From positions 558,001 through 622,000 of the forward strand of contig CATNEN010000033.1 of assembly GCA_950097015.1 (NCBI GenBank): DNA of 64,000 nucleotides, in the 5' to 3' direction. This document shows, piece after piece, positions 22,251 through 34,200 of the stretch. The DNA is from Macrostomum hystrix (Eukaryota > Animalia > Platyhelminthes). Every line of letters starts with the position of its first letter. Within the stretch, counting starts at the first letter, position 1. Under the pieces are notes generated by a model. The model made no database searches. It was not told where the DNA came from and saw only the letters and a list, made by a program, of their open reading frames with translations. A program made the position numbers and the translations under genes.

Positions 22251-25200
22251 CTAGACCAGCGGCTCGTCGCGACGGTTCATCTCCACCATGCCGTTCGGGC
22301 GGTAGCGCAGGCGGTGAGCGCCGCTGCGGATGGCGGTGGCGGCTGACTTCGGACACAGCCCGATTGTCTGGAAGGGGTGGCGTGATTGGCTGTGAGTGAG
22401 GTGGCTTGCGGCAAAGAGGAAATATAGAAAAATATTAATAGTTGCAGAGGCCTGTGGGTCGATGCATCGATTGGCGACCTCAACACAAACAACACAAGCA
22501 CACCCACACTCACACACCCACACTCATACACACTCACACCCACACACACAAACACACCCACACACAGACGTCACGTGGAGTCATGAGGTTGGGTGTGCAG
22601 CTGCTCCAGCTTCAACCAGCAGCACCCGATCGGCATCTCAAAGACGGCAGATTTTCCCGACGGGAGGGGATCCTAGTGCCTTGGATGCTGAGAAAAAGGT
22701 CCCTACGACAGATGGACAGAGATTCTTGAAGTAATGTGGATTCGCCATGGAGGTTTATACAGAGCAATGTTAGTTGGTCTAGTCACCAGTGTCTTCAACA
22801 AACATCGCTGAATATTTCGAAAGTTAGTTGATCGTGAAGAGCGGAAAAGCGTATGGTGGATTTTCACGAAAATCAGTCATTCGGATTGGGAGCAATCGTG
22901 AAGTAGGCAGTGGGTATTGGGAAACCTTCCCGAGGTCTTTCCACAGGGGGAAATAGAACGTGGTCTTTCTACTGGATGGCCTCGCCGCGGGTTCCACGGG
23001 GGGAAGATGGGGAGTCATTCTGAAGCACACGAAACCAACGAACCTGGCAGATCTCCTTAGGATCGATATCCTGCATCAGCAGCTGGATGATGTAGGGCGT
23101 GTACTGCTCAATGAATGAGCGGCAGGTGGCCTGCTCCTGCGTGGGTAGGAAGTTGCAGACCTTCTCCAGCACATTCATCACCTCCTGCTCAGTGGCGTTC
23201 TCCTTCAGCAGCGACTTGACGTAAAGGATGACTGTCTGGCAGACGTCGCAGCCGGTGGTGGAGGTCAGGGCGGCGGTGGCGCGCAGCTGCCGCTGGGTGT
23301 CGCCGGTACAGAGGCCAATGACGGTGCAGACAAGTGCCGGGTTCAGGTCCTGGCTAAGCAGCTGCAGCACAATCGGGGTGTATTGACGCACCCAGGCATC
23401 GCAGTCGGTGCGGATAGTCTGTGGCAACACTGAGCATACGGACTCCAGGGCGTACTCAATGGCAGCTTCGGTACGGTTGTCACCGATCATCTGGTCCAGC
23501 TCTCGGATCACGTACTCGCACAGTACGCACTGCGGTCCGAGGCGAAAACGGGCAAGCTTGGCGCTTCCGTCAGTCTTGCCACAGGCACCCAGAGCCTGGC
23601 AGACGCTGGCGGGATCCAGCTCAGAGGCTAGCAGCTGGAAGATTATGGCCGCGTACTCGTCCACAGCGCGGATGCACTGCAGTTGAAGTTAATATTCATG
23701 CATAGACATGTTATAATGCGCGTTAATACACATGGTTGGCTACTAACAGTAGGGCAAGGTGAGTGTTTTATACCTTGTTCTTCTCGGCTGGCAGCAGGCT
23801 GCAGACGCGGTTCTTGATCAGGTTCTTGATCTCCTCCTCGGTGCGATTGTCGCGCAGCATCTGGCGCGCCTCGGACACCAGCAACTCGCAGACCTGGCAT
23901 TCGGCGCCCTTGAACGGCTTCAGAGCGGTGCGCTGAGCAAGTGGATTTGAAGATAATGTTATCTATAATTATAGTATTCACTAAAGCATTCATTCTTCTC
24001 CCAAATAAATTGAATCGCAAAGTATATAAGTTAAAAAAGAAGCACCAGTTTATTTTGAAATTCTGGCTAATTCCACAAACTGTCTATTTTAGTTGGATTC
24101 GAGTTCGGTGTAGATTAAATTGACGTCGAGAGTTGCCTTTCTAAGAGATAACATATTTAGCATTATAAACACCAGAGAGCAATGCCTGGATAGTTGTTTA
24201 TACAATGTCAAACACTCGACAAGAAATAGTCGGATTGCAACAGTGATAGAGCGCAGAACAGAGCCAACTGACCTGCAGCACCATCAGCAGCATCAGTGGG
24301 TGCCGCTGAAACTTGCTAACCGCTGAGGCAGTGCAAAACTTGATGCCAGCGCAGATCTGCTTGGGCTCCTGCGGGTGGGCCGATAATATGGGGCCACTGA
24401 ATGCCCTCTGACCAAATTTCACTCTCCAAGTTGTGCATTTTTTAATTTAAAAAGCTTTGCCTGGCCTGTTATTTAAATATTTACTAAGCAAGCAATTTAA
24501 TTAGGTGCCATAGTTTGAAAACTGTCAATAGAATTCGTTGCACAGATCATTTAACTTAACAAATCGCGGCTGCAATATTGAATATTTAAAATATTTAAAA
24601 ATTAATAAAAATACGAAAGCAGAAAAAAACAGCCCGATGCCCGCTTACAATCCTGTTAGCCAAGGAGCGCATGACCTCAGGCAGGTAGTTGTCCACCCAT
24701 AGGTTGCAGAGGGCCTGGGAGCCGCCCAGTCTGGCGCAGACCTCGGCTTTCATCAGCTGGGCAACTTCAGCCACAGTGGACTTACTCTGCGCGGCCAACT
24801 TGACGGAGTTGACCAGTTCAACGCACAGTTCGCAGAATTCGTCTTTCAGGCGATTGGCTGTCGCGGCCAGCTGCGGGTGACGCGACGGCTGCTGCGGATG
24901 CGGCACGGAGGCCACAATGGGAGCGCCATTGAGCAGCAGGGAGCTGGCAGCGGCAGCTGCGGCTAGCTTCGGGTCGCGACGACCGGCGCCACACAGGCTG
25001 AGGGCGGGGCACAGCCGATCGGCAGGCAGGCCGCTGTTCAGCAGGGCCAGAATCTCGCTAATGTAGTTGTTGACAACGGCCAGACAGATTGATCGATGCC
25101 GGGGCACTGGAACAAGGCCGCAGGCGGAGACAGCGAGGAGGCGAGCATCGGCCGGTGCCGCGGTTCGGTTGGTGCGGGCCAGATTGTCCAGATCGCTGGC

Positions 25201-28200
25201 CAGTAGGCGGCAGAAGCCGCAGTCTCCTTCAGGATCAGCAGCAGCTTGGCCGCCCTCTTTACCACTGCCGCCGCGCTCTGACTGAGCACTACGCCACAGG
25301 CGACCGCAGTAGCCAACAGAGTTGCACTCCTGCACAGTGCCCATGTGGCTGCACCAGTAGCTGGGGCCCCATGTGCACCTGTTGGAGCCCAGCAGCACAG
25401 CTGGGTTAATTAATGGGAGGTGAGATGGGGTGTTAGCTATTAGATATTCTAAGTGGTCCAGAAATGGACCACTTATGGTCAACTTTCTGGAGCAAGGGAC
25501 AAGCAAGAATCTGGAACACTATATTGCTTGTTTCGAAAAATTAAGTGTTTTAATTAAATGTAACAAGCATCAGGTTGGAGTCGAGACTTTTCTTCTCAAC
25601 CACGACAATGCCTGACCACATACTGCTCAGAAGACAGCTAACAGACTCAAGTTTAGTCTACTGCTTCACCCACCATATTCACCAAAATCTGACTCCAGCA
25701 GATTTCACCTAATTTATCTTAATTACAAGCTAAAGCCCATCTGGTGGCAATAATTCATAAGAACCATAACAACCTCAAACAGGAAGTCTGCATTGTTTCT
25801 GATCTACTAAATTCCTCGTGAGAGTTATGCACTATTGAGGCTTGTTTGGTTGGTAGCAAAAAAGTGTTTAGCTCAATAGTGACTACATTGAGAAGATTAG
25901 CATCCCTGCCAAGAGAGAAGAGTTTTTCATCCTAAACTCTACACATTTACTGCAACAGGTTTCCTGTTGGTTAGTTTCCAGTTCGAATTTTTTGCTTGTT
26001 GATTCACTATAAGTCGATTGTCAAGGATTTATAACCTTTTTTCATAAAAAAGTATAGTTTGATTCTAAATATGTTTCACAATTCACAGTTTCAAAGTTTG
26101 GTTTCACAAAGAAGAGAATAGCCTGTATAAGATAGTGAAAAATCACATCATTCATTTTGAACACCAGAACATTCAGGAAACAAAGTAATGGGAAGTTAAT
26201 TGAAATTCAGAGTTCAAGGCAACCAAACTAAATGAACCAAACACCACAGTGACAATAAGCAGGCTCGGATATACATATAGAAGTATAATACATAAAAAAT
26301 GTTGTAACATATGAGGCAGGCCCTAATATTATCGCATATATTTCTAAAGTTGAATCCCCGCCAAATGCTTTTTCCCGATTTTTATTCTTTGTTTTAATAC
26401 ACTGTGTCATCCACCCCCAATTTTTGTATAAATATAGCCGCATTTTAGCCCTAGGAAAACCAACCGGTGCCCCGTGCCCAGTTCGGAGTGCAATAAAGGA
26501 GAATAAATCTCAAAGTGTTTTTCAATTATTTTACAGAGGAGAAAAGCAGGTCCGTGATAATACACAAGCCAGGAATATTCGAAAGAATAAAGAAGGGAAT
26601 AGTCATAAAAAGCAGTGGAGTGTAAAAACTAAAGAGCAGAAGGGTAAATCCCGATTGGTGGAAAAGCACTGTGTGCAAAGTTGGGCAACTTCAGTCCATT
26701 GGAAGCCTTGAAGACTGGGAACAAACCAGAGAGCCAGACAGTTGTGAGTAAGTAGAGGAGAGGAAGAAGTGTCTTGCCGCTCGGACACTCGTGAGAACGC
26801 TACCAATTTTGGAAGGAAAGCAGCCTATCTGGCCAATTTAAGCAATTTATGCATATGCAATAAGAGGATACATAGCTAGCCTATGAAGAATAACTAAGTC
26901 ATAGACAAAGGAAACTAAGAATTATTTCAGGGATTAAGTCAAGGTGTGAAATAAGCAATTGTTAATATTTAATAAAAGAGTATCGGTGGTATTTAAACCC
27001 AAAGAGGAAATAGCCTACGACAACTTAGTGGCAGCTGTAAGATATTAGTAGAGAGCCCTAAAACAACTTGGTGTCAGCGGTAAAGGATTGAAATCCAGCT
27101 AAAAGCACACAGTCAGTTAAAAGTTAAGATAACGGTATGGCCGCAGGAATCAATGATGCTATTGGCTTGTTAGCCGAAGAACTAAGAAATAGACTAGAAT
27201 TAGGACCTATGAGACATGTAAAGATCCAAAAGTACACACCTAGCCAGGACATTAGAATTTGGCTTACAGCATTCGATCAGAGATGCGACAATGAAGGATT
27301 AGAACAGGACGAGCATAGGAAGAATGAGCTATTAGCTAACTTAGATCTTGCGACTGCATTTGCAGCCGTCCAACGTTTGAATTTGCCAGAAGAACTAACA
27401 TACGAGGAGCTGAAGGAAAGACTTGTAGAAAGGTTTGGAAGACTAGGAAGCTCAGCCGAGTTTAGGGAGGAATTTAGAGGTAGGATGCAAGGGAGGAATG
27501 AGCCCGTTGACTCATTCGCAGATGCTTTGATTGAGTTGTCCGCGCAAGCATTCCCCAATATGAATGCAGAACAAAGGGAGGAGGAGGTAGTAGAGCAGTT
27601 CATCAAAGGAGCGAGAATCCCCTCCGACACTAGGGAAAAGTTAATATTTGCACAGCCAGCCAGTCTGCAAGAGGCTAGGAGAATGCTGAGACGCATAGAA
27701 GCAGCGTGGCATATGTCGCACAAGAATGGAGTACGAGTCGTAAAAGACGAGCAAGTCGACGAGGATCGGAATAAGAAGATGGAGGAGACCATCGAGAGGC
27801 AGAAGTATGAAATCAATAAGCAGAAGAAGCTAATTGAAGACCTGATTCAGGAAAGGAGGAAGGCTGAATGCCAGAAAGTAACACCTCAACACACGTATCT
27901 GAAGCCGCAGCAACAGTCGAGGCCTCCGCCGACATGTTTTAACTGTAACAAAGTTGGGCATATTGCCAAGTACTGCAAGAGCTCACAGCAGCAGCAGCGG
28001 TACCGATATCAGGGAAACTGAATATCGAGGGACGAGAGTCGAGGCCGCGCCCCTCTAGTAAACCCCGATTCGAACCGCAGGCCTCTAAGAATCGGCGATA
28101 CCCAGCCCAGTCGTCGAGATTGTGTAATGCACAGAAGCAGCCGAAGTATCGAGTATCAGCACCCATTGCATCAGCACCATCTGCGTCAGCACCATCTGCG

Positions 28201-31200
28201 TCAGCACCCATTGCGTCAGCACCATCTGCGTCAGCACCCATTGCGTCAGCACCATCTGCGTTAGCACCATCTGCGTCAGCACCCATTGCGTTAGCCCCAG
28301 CGGCATCTGTGTCAGCAACCATTGCGTCAGCCCCCTGCATGTCAGTCCTGGAGGAAACAGCTTCCGAAGTATCAGCCCCGAGATCAGCCGCCGCAACATC
28401 TGGAAAATACTCAAGGACACGTGAGAATAAACGTAAAGTATTTGTTTCTAATTCTAAGCTAGAACTTATTAAACCTGAAGGATTTGAAGCTGTAATTGTA
28501 GGAAAATTTAAGAATCTGGAAATTAATTTTATCCTAGACACAGGGGCTAGGAACAGCTTTTTTGAGCAAATCTATTTGGTCAAAATTACTTAAGCCAGAA
28601 CAGATAAGGAGTACAGACAAGCGAGTCTCTACTTTCGACGGAACCAGAGTACAATTGGAAGGCGAGAGTTGTATTCCAGTTAGATTCGGAGACATCCAGA
28701 TAGAAATAGAATTCCTTTTGTGTGGACATGAGAGCGACAATATCTTAGGAATGGAATTTTTCCTAGGACATTGTGATAGCATTCATCTTGCTAAAGGCAT
28801 GTTGATTCTAAATGAAGGAGCAAGCATTCCTATGCAGTTCACTCATCTACCTGTAAAAGTATGCAGAGTGTATACTCAGGAGAAAGTAGTGATTCCTGCA
28901 AATAGTGTGTTGAGAATCCCAGTGAGATTGGCGAGAGATGCCGAGTGCAATTTTGGAACACCTATGACAGTTAGTATGATTGGCGAAGGCGTAAAAGCCA
29001 AAGAATTGACAGTCGAGATGGCTCCCACTCTAGTCACAATGCGAGAAGGTTCCGCTATTGTGGAAATAGTGAACAACAATTCAGTTGAAGTGAAGCTGTC
29101 TAAGTCAACATTGGTAGGCCTAGCCAAACCAGTGAAAGCAAGTGAGTTGAAGTATTTCAAAGAGGAAAAAGAAGTAGTCAGTCAACCTACCGGACGAGTC
29201 AATCAGACACAGACTGTGGAAGATGCGTGGATCCATGAGGTCAAGATTGGTCAAGATCTTACCGATGATCAGAGGAAGTCAGTGATCGAATTGATGAAAG
29301 AGCATCGTGAGGCTTTTTCACAGAATGAGTTGGATATGGGTTTAACCCATCTGATCAACACATGAGATCTCACTGAAGGATGAGACTCCCGTGAGGATCC
29401 CAACTAGGAGAATACCACCCCATCTTCAAAAGCAAGTCGACACACAGTTGGATGATATGTTGGCGAAAAATTTAATTAGGCCTTGTTATTCAACTTATTC
29501 TACTCCATTAGTCATTGTGCCGAAAAAGGACGGATCCATACGGATTGTGAGCGATTTTAGAGTGTTAAACTCAAAGGTGAACTATGTTCCGTATCCGCTT
29601 CCTAACATCCACCAGACTTTCACCTATTTATCAGGCAGTCAGTACTTTAGTAGTCTCGATTTGAATTCTGGTTATTGGCAGGTGCCGATAAAGGAAGAAC
29701 ACAAGTTCATGACCGCCTTCTCTAATCTAACCCGAGGACAGTTTGAGTACGAGGTTATGGCACAAGGTTTATCGAATGCCCCAGGAACATTCCAAAGGCA
29801 CATGAATCTTGTACTTTTAGGAATTCAGCATAAGTTTGCCATGTCGTATATAGACGACATAGTTACCTATTCTAAGAATTTTAATGACCACCTTTCCCAT
29901 CTAAAGGAAGTGTTCAAGAGATTAATAATCGCAGGATTGAAGCTAAGGCCAAAGAAATGTAACCTTTTTCATAGAGAGTTAAAGTACTTAGGACATGTGA
30001 TCAGTACAGAAGGTATCCGTACGGATGAGACGAAGATTGAAGCAATCAAGACCTGGCCGAAGCCAAAAGATGTGAAGGAGCTACGCAGTTTTCTTGGCCT
30101 ATGTAATTACTATAGCCGCTTCATTAGAAATTATGCAGAAGCTGCCCATCCCCTTTTCCAGTTAACAAGGAAAGGAATTAAGAACTTTCAAGAGAGATGG
30201 AGCAAAGAGCATGACGAAGCGTTTGAGTCGCTAAAGAACCGGATGATGTCCACTGAAGTCTTAGCGTATCCCGAATTTGTGGATGACGAGAAGGTGAAGA
30301 TGGTATTGGATACCGATGCAAGTGATAGCCGTATTGGCGCTGTACTTAGCCAGATCCAATCAGATGGCATAGAGAGACCCATAGCTTATTTCAGCCGAGC
30401 TATGAAAGAGTCGGAAAAACGCTACCCTATCACTAGAAAAGAACTCTTAGCCCTAGTGGATGCCATGAGGCATTTCCGTTTCTACCTGTTAGGCAAGAAG
30501 TTTTTGGCAAGAACGGATCATAAGGCGATAATTTGGCTGTTAAGGCAAACAGAAGCTCAAGGAATTCTTGGTCGGTGGGTTGAGCGCCTAAACGAATTCT
30601 CGTTCGATATAGAACACAGAAGCGGTGCAAAGAACCAGAACGCTGACAGTCTGTCAAGAAGACCAGCTGATGTCCCTGAAGCAGAGCAAGTTGTTGAGCC
30701 GATAGTGCAAAGCTGCAGTGTAATGGAAGAGTCAGGACAGGAAGTTAAGGCTAATGATAGCTCATGTAGCTTGACACAGCCCCAGACTGCCCTAAGTGAA
30801 GGAGAGAAAAATACGTTAGATCCCAATAGCAGGATTCAGTCTACTATCTCAGGACAAGGAGAGGTGAGAATTCCCAGTGCACTTGAACATGACTCCAGCA
30901 TTCCGCTTCCGAGTCCAGTTTCTGAGGAATTTAATCCTATTGAGAGTGAGGATATGCTGCAAGTAGCAAGTAGCAAGTGCGAGAAGTTATTGACCGATTT
31001 CTTACCCAGCCCAGTGAAACGAGAGCAAATTATTGCGTCACAAAGAGATGACCCAGTAATTAGAGTGCTAATCGAATGGAAGAAATCAGGAGAGAACGAT
31101 CCCCAGTTACCAGAAATTGTCAGCCCAGAATTGAAGAAGATGAGGAAATCCTTTGAGGATATGAAGATAGAGAATGAGATGTTAATCATTAGAGAAGATG

Positions 31201-34200
31201 ACAGTTGGAAAGTAGTACTGCCCCAGTCCTTGGATAAGCTAGTTCTCAGCGATCTGCATGATAGCCCCCTAGCAGGACATTTGGGACGCGATAAAACAAT
31301 CCAACGTGTCAGAAAGAGATTTTGGAGACCAGGATTGGTCAAAGCAGTCGAAGCCCATATCGCAGAGTGTATTCCGTGCTTGGAAAGCAAAAGAGGAAAC
31401 CCGATACAGGCGCCAGTGCAATCGTTCCCTATCAGTGAACCTTTCCATCGCCTGCATGTCGATTTTATAGGCCCACTATCCAAAGAGAGCAAAAGAGGGC
31501 ACAAATATGTCCTAACTATTGTGGATAGCACCACTAGATATCCGTTCGCATTCCCTACTAGAAATCAGAAGTCAGATACACTTATCAAGATTTTACAGGA
31601 AAGAATTTTTGCAGAGTATGGGCAATGTCAGTGGTTACACACAGACAATGGCAAGGCATTCGCCAGCAAGCAGTTTAAAGCTTTCTGTGAAATGTATAAC
31701 GTGAAACATACATTTACAACGCCATACCATGCCCAAAGTAATGGATTAGTGGAAAGATTTAACAAACAGATTAAGTCGATAGTAACTTGTCTCATTGAGA
31801 AAGATCACAGTGATTGGGACCTTATGATCCCAGCTGCATTAGTCGCGGTCCGCACTAGTGTGAACAAAACCACAGGCTTTACTCCCCACTACCTGTTATT
31901 TGGTCGGGAAGCAGTGATGCCTGTGGATAGTGAAATCAGCCAACCAAAGTCATTTGCCAGCTATCCATCTTATGTAACAGAGCATGCCGAACGCCTGAAG
32001 ATCGCTAATGACATTGTCAGAAGAAAGATGGAGAAAGTTGTCAGTAAGAGACAAGAGTCAGCACAGAATAGCAAATTGCCTAAAACAGTTCCAGTCGGAA
32101 GCTTAGTATTGATCAATAATCCACAGTTGGACAGTGAGGAATCGCACAAATTTCATAGGAAGAAGAGAGCAGCCTTCAGAGTAATAGAGCAAATTTCAGA
32201 TGTAGTGTTCCGTGTGCAAAAGGAGGAGCAAGGACAACTAGTGGGCAATGTCATGATTGTCCATAGAGACAACATAACTATTGTGCCTAATTCGACCCAA
32301 GAGGAATTAATTAGGGGAAGCCAGGCCGCACCAGAGAAGAAAGCCAAGAAGACAGAAGTCAAAGTTAGGGGAAGCCAGCCGAAGGAGAAGGGAAGATCTG
32401 TTCTAACAGATGAAGTTGAATCCGAAGAGGAAGAAGACAGATTAGAATGGCAATGTCACTTTAGGAGTAATCCAAGTGAAATTAATGGAGAAGATTTGGA
32501 GTTAGGAGCTGAGATAGAAGTTGAGGATGAATCACACACCGAGCCTGAGGCTACGAGCAGTGAAGAGGAGAGCGAAAGCGAAGGGACAGCTGAGGGTCTG
32601 GCAACAGCCACCTCAGAAGGAGGCATGTACATTGCACAGAATGAAGAAAGGGAAGGAGTGACAAGCCGTCCGCGCAGACAAATCAGACCCCCCGCGAGGT
32701 TTGAAGGCTATTTGCAGAGGCTTGCCACCGTGTTCAGTATACTTGGGAATTTACAGATCTAGGCAGAGATTGGGGTGACGCAATAGTAACACAAGGAGAC
32801 CACGTGCAAGGGATAGAAAGGGAATAGGGGTTAGCCACTTCCAGTCAATTAGGTAGGGGTTAATTGAAATCAAGTAAGGATCCAATAGGATTAAGAATAA
32901 GCCAGTATAGCCCAATGATGCGCGTCAGCCTCACGCCTATATAAACAAGTGCCCTGGGAAGGCAAACAAACATACAGAGTGAGAGAGAAGTCATATTGAC
33001 AAAGCAAGCAAAGTCCGAAATGGAGCAAGATCGTGAAGCTATGAGCGTAAGTGAGTTTGAGAAACTGTTAGAAGCTGTGACTGTAGATTTTTCGGATAAT
33101 GAGAATGTTGAACCTGACAGAGCAGAGCAGACTAAGAAGAAGGAAGCCGGAGATGGCGAAGAGGATATTGTGCAGGCTATCATCGAAGAATCGGATCGGT
33201 TCGAGGCGCCATTACGGCAAAGAACACAGCCATCTATGGCTGGACAACAAACGGAGAGGAGGGTGAATACCCAAAAGCGAGCTGCCGCATCATCCCAAGA
33301 GGAGGTTGCTAGCAAAAGGACGCTGCCGAGCTCGAGATTGCCTGTGTACATCGACGCCGCCACGAGGGTGAACTTACTCCGGCAGCAGTCGATTGCACCG
33401 GTGGCCGTGGCAGAAGCTGTCTTGGGTAGGCAACCAGAAGGAGCTAGAACCACCAAAGCCATTGCTGCGCCGAGCCAGGAGCCGGGCCGATGAGCTGCCG
33501 GACAGCGGTCGATAGCGCCGAAGCCGGTCCCTCAGCCACAGCCACCGCCTAAGGGTCGGCACATAGCACCAAAGGCGCAGAGGGTACCAATCCAGTACCA
33601 ATACAGGACAGACTTCCAGCCACAGCCGCAGCCGCAGTCGTCACAGCAGTCGCAGCCGCAGCCCTCGCAGCCGTCACAGCCGCAGTTATCACAGCAGCAG
33701 CAATCGCAGCCATCGCAGGAGCAGCTGCAGCTGCAGTCGTCGCAACAGCAGCCGCCATTGCAGAAAGAGCGGCCACTTCAGCAGTCGCCACAGCCGCAGC
33801 AGCGCCCAGAAACAGATGAGGACATCGATATGGAGCCCGCGGAGAATCAGGAAGAATTCGCCCGAATAATGGCGGAAATTCCTCAGGCCCAACACGAGCA
33901 TTACACGCGGCTAATCCGTCATCTGAAGGGCTATATCTTAGACTCCAGACTGTACAACAACGACCGGCGATACCCACAGCGGGCCGCAATCTATTCCGCT
34001 ATGCGTGTACTATGCGAGAAGTTCGCCCAAAGCCATTGTATAGCCGCCTGGAAAAGGGCTATACAATATGCGCGAAAGGTAATCAACCGCAGTCCACTGC
34101 CAGTAAACCGCATCCCTCTTAACATTGAGTTGAGGTGGATGGCGAGTACGGTCGGTTGGCCCCGCAACGAGAGATTGCCTGAAGACTGTTATTTTTCTTA

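Noticed and set aside
27277-33989. Many minus-strand ORFs over Gypsy A
   Set aside because: Antisense shadows of gag, pol and ORF3, with no motifs of their own.
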